Shown one piece after another: positions 40,014 to 49,740 of a stretch of 64,000 nucleotides of DNA. The stretch's first letter is position 1; every line of letters begins with the position of its first letter. The notes beneath the pieces are model-generated. The model made no database searches. It worked only from the letters and a program-made list of their open reading frames with translations, and was not told where the DNA came from. Source of the stretch: an uncultured Acidobacteriota bacterium (lineage in GTDB: Bacteria; Acidobacteriota; Terriglobia; UBA7540); NCBI GenBank assembly GCA_963804995.1, contig CAWDSK010000005.1:992001-1056000 (forward strand), given 5' to 3'. Made by a program: the position numbers and the translations under genes.

Positions 40014-41246
40014 TCAGTGTGGCAATTCCGGAGGCTCGGCGGTTTGCGGTTGTGCGATGCTGCCCGTGATCCCTTGTCGAATGGTCTGACTGACACGGTG
40101 TTGCTGATCGTGGGCCTCACGGTAGAGAGCCAGTTCCTTCTTCGCGTCCGCATCGCGCCCAACCCGCAGATAAGCGAAGGACAACTGATAGTGGGCCACC
40201 TCATTGCCGGGTTCGAGCTTTACGGCCCTTTCGAGTGGGGCCACTGCCTCTGCGGCTTTGCCTCCGGAAACCAGCGACTTGCCCAATCCGATGAGCGCGT
40301 CGGGGAAGTACGGATCAATTTTCACCGCTCGCTCGAAATGCAGGACGGCCTCGTCCCATTTTCGCGCCTCACGCGCCATCTCGCCCAGTTCGTATTCTGA
40401 TCCCGCATCACCCGGATTGATGGTGATCTCGGCCTCAAACTCCTTTCGCGCCTCTTCCAGTGCGGCAGGATTGTGTTCACCGGCGAGCAGCAAACGTCCA
40501 ATGTGGTAGTGAATGCTGGGCACATGAGGTGCGACGGCAAGGATTTTGCGGTATTCGGCAATCGCCTCGGCATTCCTGCCCTGGACCTCCAACACCTCGG
40601 CGTCGATTTGGCGCGCCTGGTAGGAGCTGGGCGCTACCCGCAGCAAACGCTGAGAGGTAAGAGTGGCCAGATCGGAGAAGATCCGTGTGCTCAGGTAAAG
40701 GACATCCGGGTCATTGGCGTAATCCCGGTTCAACCACTGAAGAAAATTAACGGCTCGAAAGGGCTCAAGCGCCGACATGGCACACCGCGCTCCGTCCAAG
40801 CCCATGACCCGTCGAAGTTGTTTATCGCTGAGCGCGGGATAATCTTTCTCGATCAGAGGCAACGCCTCCTTGCACTCTCCCGTCTCCGCCAGGCTGACCT
40901 CCAGAAAGTAACGGGCGGAAGTGAGTGCAGGTTTTAACTTAATAGCTTTGCGGCAGGGAGTAATGGCGTTCGCCGGCCGGCCGATCGAGTAATAGGCCAG
41001 GCAAAGGTCAGCTTGATACTCCGGAACCTCCGGGGCCTGCCGCGTAAGCTTCTCAAGGCCTGGAATGGCCGCGGAAAAATCACCGTGCTGGAGCGCCTCC
41101 ATGGCCACTTTCACCGTTTCGTTTGCGTCTGAGTTTTGTGCCGGGCAGAAGGGGGAAGACTTCGCGGCCGCGGGCGCCAGCATCCCCGCAGCAATCGCGG
41201 TGACAAGTGCACCGATCAAAATCGTGGAGAATAGCTTCACTCGCAT
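40014..41246 (-). CDS. Tetratricopeptide repeat protein, secreted
   Basis: Signal peptide and TPR helices (IHYHIGRLL, ALIGLGKSL, AHYQLSFAY). Confidence 0.85.
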   Translation of the reverse strand: MRVKLFSTILIGALVTAIAAGMLAPAAAKSSPFCPAQNSDANETVKVAMEALQHGDFSAAIPGLEKLTRQAPEVPEYQADLCLAYYSIGRPANAITPCRKAIKLKPALTSARYFLEVSLAETGECKEALPLIEKDYPALSDKQLRRVMGLDGARCAMSALEPFRAVNFLQWLNRDYANDPDVLYLSTRIFSDLATLTSQRLLRVAPSSYQARQIDAEVLEVQGRNAEAIAEYRKILAVAPHVPSIHYHIGRLLLAGEHNPAALEEARKEFEAEITINPGDAGSEYELGEMAREARKWDEAVLHFERAVKIDPYFPDALIGLGKSLVSGGKAAEAVAPLERAVKLEPGNEVAHYQLSFAYLRVGRDADAKKELALYREAHDQQHRVSQTIRQGITGSIAQPQTAEPPELPH

Positions 41247-41633
41247 GGTTTCTAGTAGATCTTCTTTCACGAATACCAGCAGCTTATCAACAGGCGATGG
41301 AAGCAATCAGCGCAACACGAATCCACCACGTTCCTTCCAGAGTCTACTACATCCCACCCCGCCGCACGCAAACTGAGTTTACGAACTCGATGGGTCGGCG
41401 GCTCGACGCGAGCCTGTTTCTGCTGCGAAGTTCGCATTTTGAGTTCGCTTTTAGGAATCGGATTCACGGTTCGCTATGACTCGTCGCCAAGCACGATTTG
41501 CAAAACGGCGGCGCTTTTGTTAGAAGCTTGTTGCCCTTGTTACTAATGGCCGGGATGAGTTACCTCTTTTGCCTGCTCGACACGCTCTTCACGAATGTGA
41601 GGGCAAGGAGGGTGGCAAGGGAACTTTGTTTTC

Positions 41634-43091
41634 ATGAGAGGACAGCGCATGGGCTCGAAACTCTTGGCAAGAGGATGGCAAATACTTGCGGCAAGTCTGG
41701 TTTGTTTGCTGCCGACCTTTATTATCCTGGGTTCACCACAAGGTGCGGCCCATGCGGCTGACCCGCCGCATCTCAACCTCGTGATCGACACCTCGCGGAC
41801 GGTGGGCGACATCGACCTCACCCGCTATGCGCTGGGGCAGGGTGGGCTTTCGAGCGATCCGATGTTTGATTCCGAGGTTCCCCAGATTGCCCATCTCCAT
41901 ACTCAAACCATTCGTCTCTTCGTACTGGACCATTTTGATATTTATCCGGCCCACGGAGTGTACCAGTGGGCCAAGCTCGACCGAACGATCGAGACAATCC
42001 TCGCGACCGGCGCCAAGCCCATCATGTGCTTGGCGATCAAGCCGCACATTCTTTACCCGAAAATCGATCAGGACATTGTTCACCCTACGGATTATCAGGA
42101 ATGGGAACAACTGATTTATCAACTGGTCAAACATTGTAACGAAGAGCGCAAGTTTGGAATTATCTACTGGGAGGTGGGCAATGAAGGGGATATCGGTGAA
42201 GAGGGAGGATGCCCTTACCGCTTCCGGCCGGATGACTATGTAACCTACTACGCGCACACGGCCGGCGCCATTCTCCGAGCTGACCCTCAGGCCCGGGTGG
42301 GAGGACCTGCCGCGGCAGGGTACGAGACTCCTATCATCGATGCTCTAATTGCGCAGGCGGGGGCAGGGAAGATTCCTCTGCACTTTGTCTCCTGGCACAT
42401 GTACGACAGCCACCCGGCGGACTTTCGCCAAAGCATCCGCACCATCAGGGCCAAGCTCGGGAAATATCCTGGCCTTCGGGACGTTGAGACGGTGCTGGAT
42501 GAATGGAACATGTCGCTGGGCAGGCCGGAGGTGAACCCGTTTTTCCAGCCCGCCTTCATCCTGGAAGTCACTCAGGGTTTCAAAGAAGAACAATTGAGCC
42601 GATCGGGCTACTATCACATTCGCGACTGGTATGTAGATGCGGAGACTGGCTGGAAGTCCATGTCGCCGGACAATGAGGCCGTCGAGTTGCACTTTTGGAA
42701 TATTACACCCCAGTTCCTGGGTCTTTACGATAACCAGGGGAGGGTGCGTCCGGCATACTACACGTTTCTGTTGCTCAGCTTGATCAAGGGACGCGAGCTC
42801 TCGATCTCGGGGACCAATGCGGATGTCAAAGCCTTCGCGGCACTCGACGGGCATTGGACGAACGTCGTCCTCTGGAATTTTCCCAGTTCGGACCCGACGC
42901 GGTCTTACGACGTTGAGCTACGATTCCCGGCAGACCATAAGGGAGGACTGCGCGTTGTCCGACTTAACCCTGAGGCTCCTGTCAATAACCTTGAAGTCTT
43001 GAGGTCAAGCGACATCCAGGACTTGGATTCGCAGCCGATCCGCCTGATGCTCCATCCCTATGAGATTTATTGGGTTGAGATTAGTCGTTAG
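41634..43091 (+). CDS. Clan GH-A glycoside hydrolase (GH39-like)
   Basis: YWEVGNEGD acid/base motif, ARVGGPA, FVSWHMY, VLDEWN nucleophile motif. Confidence 0.75.
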   Translation: MRGQRMGSKLLARGWQILAASLVCLLPTFIILGSPQGAAHAADPPHLNLVIDTSRTVGDIDLTRYALGQGGLSSDPMFDSEVPQIAHLHTQTIRLFVLDHFDIYPAHGVYQWAKLDRTIETILATGAKPIMCLAIKPHILYPKIDQDIVHPTDYQEWEQLIYQLVKHCNEERKFGIIYWEVGNEGDIGEEGGCPYRFRPDDYVTYYAHTAGAILRADPQARVGGPAAAGYETPIIDALIAQAGAGKIPLHFVSWHMYDSHPADFRQSIRTIRAKLGKYPGLRDVETVLDEWNMSLGRPEVNPFFQPAFILEVTQGFKEEQLSRSGYYHIRDWYVDAETGWKSMSPDNEAVELHFWNITPQFLGLYDNQGRVRPAYYTFLLLSLIKGRELSISGTNADVKAFAALDGHWTNVVLWNFPSSDPTRSYDVELRFPADHKGGLRVVRLNPEAPVNNLEVLRSSDIQDLDSQPIRLMLHPYEIYWVEISR

Positions 43092-43165
43092 CAGGGCACT
43101 CATCCGATAATGTCAGGCCGGACCTGAGCGTATCCTTTGGTTTAACCATGAAGTGAAGGGGGGAC

Positions 43166-44641
43166 ATGTCCATCGAGATCCCGGCGCCAGCGCAGCCTCC
43201 TGCTCCCCAAGCCCAGGCCGCGATTTCCTCCCAGTTTCGCAAATGGCTTGCCCCGCTATTCTTCGGAATCGTGTTGCTCGTCATTCCTCCGCCGGCTGGC
43301 CTCGCGCCGGTTGCCTGGCATTTCTTTGCCCTCTTCGTCGCGGTGATTGTGGCTTTGATCACAGAGCCCATGCCGGGGGCAGCCATCGGGTTTATTGGCG
43401 TGACCATCGCGGCGGTGTTTCTCTTAGTGGGGAAGACGCCTGGGGAAGCCGTGCGCTGGGCTCTCTCCGGATTCTCGAATGAGGCCGTATGGCTGATTTT
43501 CGCAGCCAACATGTTTGCGCTGGGCTATGAAGCAACTGGATTGGGGCGGCGCATCGCGCTTCTCCTGGTCAAGTCGCTTGGCCGGCGCACGCTGGGATTA
43601 GGCTACGCGGTGGCGCTCGCCGATCTTTGCCTTGCGCCGTTCATGCCCTCGAACACCGCGCGCAGCGGCGGAACGGTGTATCCTATCGTGAAGAATATCC
43701 CGCCGCTTTTCGGATCACATCCGGACAACCATCCGCGCAAGATTGGCTCCTACCTGATGTGGACGTCCTTCGCGACCACTTGTGTTACCAGTTCCATGTT
43801 TCTGACGGGGCTCGCGCCGAACCTGTTGGCTGTGGAGATCGCGCGCAAGGTGGCGCATGTGAACATCACCTGGACCATGTGGTTCGAGGGTTTTCTGCCG
43901 GTGGGTATCTTGCTTTTTGCCGGCACTCCCTTGCTGACCTACGTGCTTTATCCTCCGGAGGTGAAGCGTGGTGACGAGGTCGCGGTCTGGGCGGCGAACG
44001 AATTACGCAGCATGGGTGGCATCACGCGGCGGGAATTGACCATGGGTCTTCTGGTGTTGGGAGCTCTGATGGCGTGGATTGGGGGCAGTCGCTGGGTCGC
44101 CCCGGTCACGGTGGCGCTCGGGGTGATCTCCCTGATGTTGCTGACCAAGGTGGTTACCTGGGGAGAAATCCTGGCCCACCGGCAGGGATGGAACGTGCTG
44201 GTGTGGTTTGCCACACTGGTGGCGCTTGCGGACGGGCTCAGCACGGTGGGGTTCCTCTCTTGGTTTGTCCAGCGTGCCGGCAGCGTCGCGGTGCATGTCC
44301 CCATGACCGCCGTGCTCGCCGGGGCCATCGCTCTCTTCTTCCTTGTCCATTACCTGTTCGCGAGCCTTACGGCACAGACTACTGCTCTGATGCCGGTCTT
44401 TCTCCTGGCGATTATTGCGGTGCCGGGGGTTCCCGTCAGAGCTGCCGCGCTGCTGCTGGCCTACTCTCTGGGATTGATGGGCGTGATCAATCCCTACGCC
44501 ACAGGACCGGCGCCCATCTGGTACGGCAGCGGGTACATTTCGACGAAAGATTTCTGGAGGCTGGGAGCAATTATGGGGGCGGTCTACCTGGGATTGCTGC
44601 TCTTCCTCGGTATTCCCTATGTGACTACTTTTCTGCCCTGA
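43166..44641 (+). CDS. DASS family anion/dicarboxylate permease (CitT/TtdT-like)
   Basis: TGLGRRIAL, PSNTARSGG, MFLTGLAPN, HYLFASLTA, PYATGPAPIWYGSGY. Confidence 0.9.
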   Translation: MSIEIPAPAQPPAPQAQAAISSQFRKWLAPLFFGIVLLVIPPPAGLAPVAWHFFALFVAVIVALITEPMPGAAIGFIGVTIAAVFLLVGKTPGEAVRWALSGFSNEAVWLIFAANMFALGYEATGLGRRIALLLVKSLGRRTLGLGYAVALADLCLAPFMPSNTARSGGTVYPIVKNIPPLFGSHPDNHPRKIGSYLMWTSFATTCVTSSMFLTGLAPNLLAVEIARKVAHVNITWTMWFEGFLPVGILLFAGTPLLTYVLYPPEVKRGDEVAVWAANELRSMGGITRRELTMGLLVLGALMAWIGGSRWVAPVTVALGVISLMLLTKVVTWGEILAHRQGWNVLVWFATLVALADGLSTVGFLSWFVQRAGSVAVHVPMTAVLAGAIALFFLVHYLFASLTAQTTALMPVFLLAIIAVPGVPVRAAALLLAYSLGLMGVINPYATGPAPIWYGSGYISTKDFWRLGAIMGAVYLGLLLFLGIPYVTTFLP

Positions 44642-44687
44642 GCAGAAGTTCTTCCCCACAGAAGAGCCAGCGTAGCGGAGATCGACT

Positions 44688-45656
44688 CTATTCTGCGATG
44701 AAGAGGCTCTCCGCAAAGGCCCATTCATCATCGACCCATTGGGCGTCCGAACGGAAGCCGCTCTCGCGAGCCATTTGAATTATTTCGGGAAGGTTGTATT
44801 TGTGGCTGCTCTCCGTCCAGATGGTTTCGCCTCGATCGAGCATCACAGTGAAATTCGCTCCCGGAATCGCCACGGTTTGTTCTGAGGCCGACAGGAGATG
44901 CATTTCAATCCGTCGCTCCTCGTAGTTGTAGCGCGCGACGTGCCGGAACTGGTGCAATTGAAAGTTTGCGTCCAATTCGCGGTTAAGACGCGCCAGAAGG
45001 TTGAGATTGAACGCGGCGGTTACGCCCAGGGGATCGTCGTAGGCAAGAAGCAGTTGGGGGGCAGGTTTTTCGAGGTCCGTCCCTAAGAGCAGAGAATCCC
45101 CCGGCACCAGAATCTGACGCACCTGCCGAAGAAACTGCACACCCGCCGGACGATCGAAATTCCCAATGGTGCTGCCCAGAAACAGAACCAGGAGACGCTG
45201 CTCCGGGCGGCGGTGGGCGGCGACTTCCAACAAGCCATCTAAATACTCGCGCTCCAAGCCATCGATAGTGATGGATTCAATATCGCCCAGATCCCGCTTG
45301 CACATATCGAGCGCAGAGCCTGAAATCTCGATGGGGCGATAAGTCACGGGCTGCCTTCGGCGCAATGCCTCGAGAAGCCAGCGGGTTTTTCTGCCGCTGC
45401 CGCAACCCAGTTCCGCCACGAGTGCCGACGGTGACACTCGCGAAACGATAGCCGACGCATGCTTACGAATCAGCCTCTCGTCAGCGCGCGTAAGGCCGTA
45501 TTCAGGCAGGTGGCTGATGACTTCAAAGAGCGCGGAGCCAACCTCGTCGTAGAAGTACTTGGAGGGCAACTCCTTTTGGCCCTTTTTAGAGAGTCCCGCC
45601 CGGACCTCATGAGCAAGGTCGGAGAGCGAATTGGCCGCGATGCTATGGGTCAGCAT
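44688..45656 (-). CDS. egtD: L-histidine N-alpha-methyltransferase (hercynine synthesis)
   Basis: KELPSKYFYDEVGSALFE, LPEYGLTR, ELGCGSGRKT, FLGSTIGNF, AYDDPLGVTAAFNLN, IWTESSHKY. Confidence 0.92.
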   Translation of the reverse strand: MLTHSIAANSLSDLAHEVRAGLSKKGQKELPSKYFYDEVGSALFEVISHLPEYGLTRADERLIRKHASAIVSRVSPSALVAELGCGSGRKTRWLLEALRRRQPVTYRPIEISGSALDMCKRDLGDIESITIDGLEREYLDGLLEVAAHRRPEQRLLVLFLGSTIGNFDRPAGVQFLRQVRQILVPGDSLLLGTDLEKPAPQLLLAYDDPLGVTAAFNLNLLARLNRELDANFQLHQFRHVARYNYEERRIEMHLLSASEQTVAIPGANFTVMLDRGETIWTESSHKYNLPEIIQMARESGFRSDAQWVDDEWAFAESLFIAE

Positions 45657-45671
45657 GGTTTCGTGCCCGAT

Positions 45672-47009
45672 TCAGGAGCCGCTGCTTGCGCTCCGAAAGG
45701 TCGCGTACACATACGGGTAATGCGGTTGAAACCAGTTACGGAAAGAGCGTCGCAAAAGTGCCGCCGCAGTGCGGGCGGAGCCGCCTTTCATCACATAGTG
45801 CTTGCCATCGAAAAAGTCAGCGGAATACCCTTTGTAAAACGGGAATGCTTGAAAACCCGGCAGAGGCGCGAAGACGGTGGAGGTCCATTCCCAGCCGTTG
45901 CCCACGAGGTCTGCCACGCCGAAGGCGCTGGTGCCGGCCGGATATGCGCCGACCGGCGCCGGGTCCCAACGCTGGAAGTTGAAATTCCCGTGGTGTGGTT
46001 CGGGAGGTCTATCGCCCCAGGGATATTCTCGCTCCCGGCCCTCCGGCGTTCCATATGCAGCGCGGTGGAGTTGTGCCTCCGTGGGTAATTCTTTTCCCGC
46101 CCAGCGCGCATAAGCCGCCGCTTCGGCGTGGCTTGCATACACCGGCCAATCGAGCGGCAGGGGAATCTCTTGAAACATGGTGCGATAAAACCACCGGCCA
46201 TCTTGGCGCCTCCAAAATAGCGGGTGCTTAATCCCCTGCAAAGTTTTCCATTCCCAGCCGATATCCGTCCAGAACTTCCGGTCTTCATAGCCGCTGGCGG
46301 TGATGAATTCCAGGAATTGGCGATTCGTTATGTTGTGAACATCGATGGCGAATTCGGGCACGGCAACTTCCTGCGTCTCAAACTCGTTATCCCAGCCGAA
46401 AGTTCTGTCGCCAGTTCGCGGCAATCCCAGGGTCGCGATGCCCGCGGGAATCTTCACCATCCTGGGCACAACCGGTGGACCATCGAGCGGTGGGTCTTGC
46501 GCCTGCGGAAGCTTGTTTTCGAACGGCAACTGGTGCAGCATGTATGCAAAGGTTTCTGCGTGCATCAGCCTGTGCTCAAGCGCAACGTGGAGAGCATAGC
46601 CATCGCGGAGCAGCGGCAGGGCAGGATCTGAGAACGACACTTTCTCAAGAGCATCATCAAGCGTTTGACGGACGCGCTCGTTGTAGCGGTAGACCTCCGG
46701 CAGCGATGGCCAGTCCGAGGGCAGGTCAGTGGGCAGGCCGCCACCTACGGGGTCGATCCCGAAGGCAAACAACTGATCGAAATCTTTGTGGAAGGGTTTG
46801 AGATCAAGAATGGTCCGGCCGATCAGATTCCAATCAAAGGCCTCAAGATGCCCGATGTAAAAGAGGATGCGGTGCCGCTCGGGAATCGGCCGCTCGCAAA
46901 GGCTTTCGCGGCGCACCACTCGAAAGAGTTCATCCGTGAGGACACGGGCTTTGACAATGGACGTGACGAGGTTGCGCCCTGCCTCGATGACGGTTTGTTG
47001 GCTTTGCAT
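45672..47009 (-). CDS. egtB: Non-haem iron sulfoxide synthase (DinB_2 + FGE domains), ergothioneine biosynthesis
   Basis: FYIGH and EHRLMH iron triad, FGWDNE, LPTEA, GNGWEW, FYKGYSADFF, RRSFRNWFQ. Directly upstream of egtD. Confidence 0.85.
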   Translation of the reverse strand: MQSQQTVIEAGRNLVTSIVKARVLTDELFRVVRRESLCERPIPERHRILFYIGHLEAFDWNLIGRTILDLKPFHKDFDQLFAFGIDPVGGGLPTDLPSDWPSLPEVYRYNERVRQTLDDALEKVSFSDPALPLLRDGYALHVALEHRLMHAETFAYMLHQLPFENKLPQAQDPPLDGPPVVPRMVKIPAGIATLGLPRTGDRTFGWDNEFETQEVAVPEFAIDVHNITNRQFLEFITASGYEDRKFWTDIGWEWKTLQGIKHPLFWRRQDGRWFYRTMFQEIPLPLDWPVYASHAEAAAYARWAGKELPTEAQLHRAAYGTPEGREREYPWGDRPPEPHHGNFNFQRWDPAPVGAYPAGTSAFGVADLVGNGWEWTSTVFAPLPGFQAFPFYKGYSADFFDGKHYVMKGGSARTAAALLRRSFRNWFQPHYPYVYATFRSASSGS

Positions 47010-47140
47010 TCGCCCTCACGTGGACTTACAAGAATTGGATTGTTTGAGCAGCCCCGAAGTTTCAAGATTAGGCTTATCGGACAGGTGAAGTCAACCGGGA
47101 ACCTGAGCAGGCAGTGGCCTAGCGGGACAGAACGGCAAAT

Positions 47141-47259
47141 TAGAAGTAAAAATGCATGAAGGCGGGGAAATTGGTGGGACAAGGGCCGCTTAGCCCCTCG
47201 GAGAGCAACAAGTGGGACAGTCCCACTTTTTTACAATACGTCGCGGGTCTGCAAAAGTA
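47141..47259 (+). repeat. Second copy of the ~120-bp intergenic element (see 28832-28948)
   Basis: Colinear similarity including GTGGGAC repeats and a TGGGACAGTCCCA palindrome. Confidence 0.75.
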
Positions 47260-47288
47260 GGGCGCAGGGAGACTCGGGAGAGCACCCT

Positions 47289-48065
47289 ATGAACGTCAGG
47301 TCAGAACCGGATGTGGTTATTGAATGTCGTGGCGTATCGTACCGCCTCGCCGATGGGCGAACCCTGCTCTCCGATCTGAACCTCCAAATCCGGCGCGGGG
47401 AAACCTTGGTAGTCCTGGGCCGAAGCGGTTCCGGCAAAACCACCACCTTAAAACTCATCAACCGGCTCCTGGAGCCTACCGAGGGCCAGGTACTGGTGGA
47501 AGGGCGTGCCACGCGCGATTGGGATCCCATTCGCCTGCGCCGTCACATTGGCTACGTCATTCAGGAGGTCGGGCTGTTTCCGCATTTCACGGTGGAGCGC
47601 AACGTAGCGCTGGTGCCTCGTTTGGAGGATTGGCCGGCGGAGCGGACGCGCACGCGGGTCCACGAATTGCTCGCTCTGGTGGGGCTTGAACCGGAGCGCT
47701 TCGCCGGTCGATACCCCCGGGAGCTTTCCGGTGGCCAGCGGCAGCGGGTGGGCGTAGCGCGCGCCCTCGCCGCCGATCCGCCGTTGCTGTTGATGGACGA
47801 ACCTTTCGGGGCGCTTGATCCCTTGACCCGCGCCGAAATCCAACAGGAGTTTCAAGCTCTGGAGCGGCGCCTCGAAAAGACCATCGTTTTCGTCACGCAC
47901 GATTTGCGCGAAGCCCTGATGCTGGCGACGCGTGTAGCGCTGATGGAAAGTGGCAAGCTGGTGGGGGTGTATACGCCGGAGGAATTCCGGCAGGCGCCTG
48001 ACCCGACCGTGGCGGCGTATGTCCGGGCTTTCGAAACTTCCGAACCCCCGCGAGGAGGCGAATGA
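47289..48065 (+). CDS. ABC transporter ATP-binding subunit (OpuCA/ProV-like, no CBS domains)
   Basis: GRSGSGKTT, IGYVIQEVGLFPH, LSGGQRQR, LMDEPFGALD, VTHD. Confidence 0.92.
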   Translation: MNVRSEPDVVIECRGVSYRLADGRTLLSDLNLQIRRGETLVVLGRSGSGKTTTLKLINRLLEPTEGQVLVEGRATRDWDPIRLRRHIGYVIQEVGLFPHFTVERNVALVPRLEDWPAERTRTRVHELLALVGLEPERFAGRYPRELSGGQRQRVGVARALAADPPLLLMDEPFGALDPLTRAEIQQEFQALERRLEKTIVFVTHDLREALMLATRVALMESGKLVGVYTPEEFRQAPDPTVAAYVRAFETSEPPRGGE

Positions 48066-48694
48066 ACATCCTGCAATTCTTCTTGAAAAACCAAGCGCAG
48101 ATCTACGAGCTGACGCTCGAACATCTATGGCTGGTGGGCGTTTCCATGCTGCTGGCGGTAACGATCGGCTTGCCTCTGGGCATTCTGCTCACGCGCCGGC
48201 CGGTATTCCGCCGAGCGATCCTCGGCAGCGCCACCATTGTGCAAACCATTCCTTCGCTTGCCTTGTTCGGTTTCCTGCTGCCTGCTCCCTGGCTCGGCGA
48301 GCGCGCGGATCGGCTGGCCATCACCGCCCTCACACTCTATGCGCTTCTCCCCATCATCCAGAATACCTATGCCGGAATTACGGGCGTGGATGCCGGGGTG
48401 CGAGAAGCGGCGCGGGGCATGGGCATGACCGATTTCGAGTTGCTGCTTCAGGTTGAACTACCGCTGGCTTTTGGTGTGATTCTAACCGGCGTGCGCGTGG
48501 CCACGGTGATCACGGTCGGCGTCGCCACCATTGCCGCCGCGATTGGCGCGGGTGGCCTGGGCGAATTCATCTTCCGCGGCCTGGCCATGGTTGACAACCG
48601 AGTCATTCTGGCCGGAGCGATTCCGGCCGCGCTCATGGCTCTGCTGGCCGATTTTCTCTTGAGCCGTCTGGAGCGCCGCTTCCATTACGTGTGA
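48062..48694 (+). CDS. ABC transporter permease (OpuCB/ProW-like)
   Basis: QTIPSLALFG, EAARGMGMT, IGAGGLG, LAGAIP. Confidence 0.92.
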   Translation: MNILQFFLKNQAQIYELTLEHLWLVGVSMLLAVTIGLPLGILLTRRPVFRRAILGSATIVQTIPSLALFGFLLPAPWLGERADRLAITALTLYALLPIIQNTYAGITGVDAGVREAARGMGMTDFELLLQVELPLAFGVILTGVRVATVITVGVATIAAAIGAGGLGEFIFRGLAMVDNRVILAGAIPAALMALLADFLLSRLERRFHYV

Positions 48695-49578
48695 TGGTTC
48701 TGCATCGCGCCCTTCTCGTATGGTTGTGCTGCACGCTTCTGGCGGGCTGCGGTGGACTTCGCGAGCGCCGCATCGTAATCGGTTCCAAGAACTTCACCGA
48801 ACAGGTTGTGCTGGGTGAGTTGCTGGCCCAGCACATCGAAGCGAAAACTCACTTGCCTGTGGACCGCCGCTTTTACCTGGCGGGGACTTACATCTGCCAT
48901 CAGGCGATTCTGGCGGGGCGTATCGACCTTTACGCCGAGTATACGGGCACGGCGCTCGCTGCCGTCCTCAAGCAGCCTGCCGCGAGTAATCCCGAGGAAG
49001 TATACCAACGCGTCCAGCGAGACTATGCCCGGCGATTTCACCTCGTCGTGACGGAGCCTTTGGGTTTTAACAATACCTTTGCCATGGTCATTCGCGGCGC
49101 CGACGCCGTGCGGCTTCACCTTACAACAATTTCTGACGCGGCACGCTACGCGCCTGAGTGGCGGGCAGGATTCGGGTATGAGTTTATGGAACGGCCGGAC
49201 GGCTACCAGGGCCTGGTGCGTACTTACGGACTCACCTTCGCCGCCCCACCGCGCATCATGGATCTGGGGCTGCTGTATCGAGCCCTCCTCGATAAGCAAG
49301 TGGATCTGGTGGCAGGCAATTCCACGGACGGCTTGATTGCGGCCCGCGACTTGGTGGTGCTGGAAGACGATCGGCACTATTTCCCGCCCTACCAGGCTGT
49401 GCCGATTGTCCGGGAGGAGACTTTGGCTCGCTATCCCGCGCTGCGGACGGCGCTCCAAGAATTGGCCGGGAAGATTTCCGATCAGGATATGCGGCAGATG
49501 AATTATGCCGTGGATGGCCAACACCGGGACGTGCAGGAAGTCGCGCGTGAGTTCCTGCGGTCGAAGCACCTGGACTAG
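48694..49578 (+). CDS. Quaternary-ammonium ABC substrate-binding lipoprotein (OpuCC/OsmF/EgtU-like)
   Basis: Lipobox LAGC, IGSKNFTEQ, YAEYTGTA, GFNNTFAM, YEFMERPDGY, DDRHYFPPY. Confidence 0.9.
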   Translation: MVLHRALLVWLCCTLLAGCGGLRERRIVIGSKNFTEQVVLGELLAQHIEAKTHLPVDRRFYLAGTYICHQAILAGRIDLYAEYTGTALAAVLKQPAASNPEEVYQRVQRDYARRFHLVVTEPLGFNNTFAMVIRGADAVRLHLTTISDAARYAPEWRAGFGYEFMERPDGYQGLVRTYGLTFAAPPRIMDLGLLYRALLDKQVDLVAGNSTDGLIAARDLVVLEDDRHYFPPYQAVPIVREETLARYPALRTALQELAGKISDQDMRQMNYAVDGQHRDVQEVAREFLRSKHLD

Positions 49579-49606
49579 CCCGGCATTCTCAACGAGCCCC
49601 CCACCA

Positions 49607-49740
49607 TGAGTAACAGCCCTCTCCGAGGGGAGAGGGTGGACCGCAACCGGCGCTTTCATCAGCCGGGGCGGGACGGGTGAGGGGTCACTTGGGGGTTCGG
49701 GGCGTTTGAGAATCCCAGGAATTCAAAAACCTTCAGCCCC
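49607..49740. repeat. Partial copy of the 36384-36693 element between convergent genes
   Basis: 49607-49713 is nearly identical to 36543-36649. Confidence 0.8.

Noticed and set aside
45672..47009. Selenoneine (senA) or ovothiol (ovoA) cluster
   Set aside because: No senB or selD neighbours and no C-terminal methyltransferase domain. The adjacent egtD points to ergothioneine.
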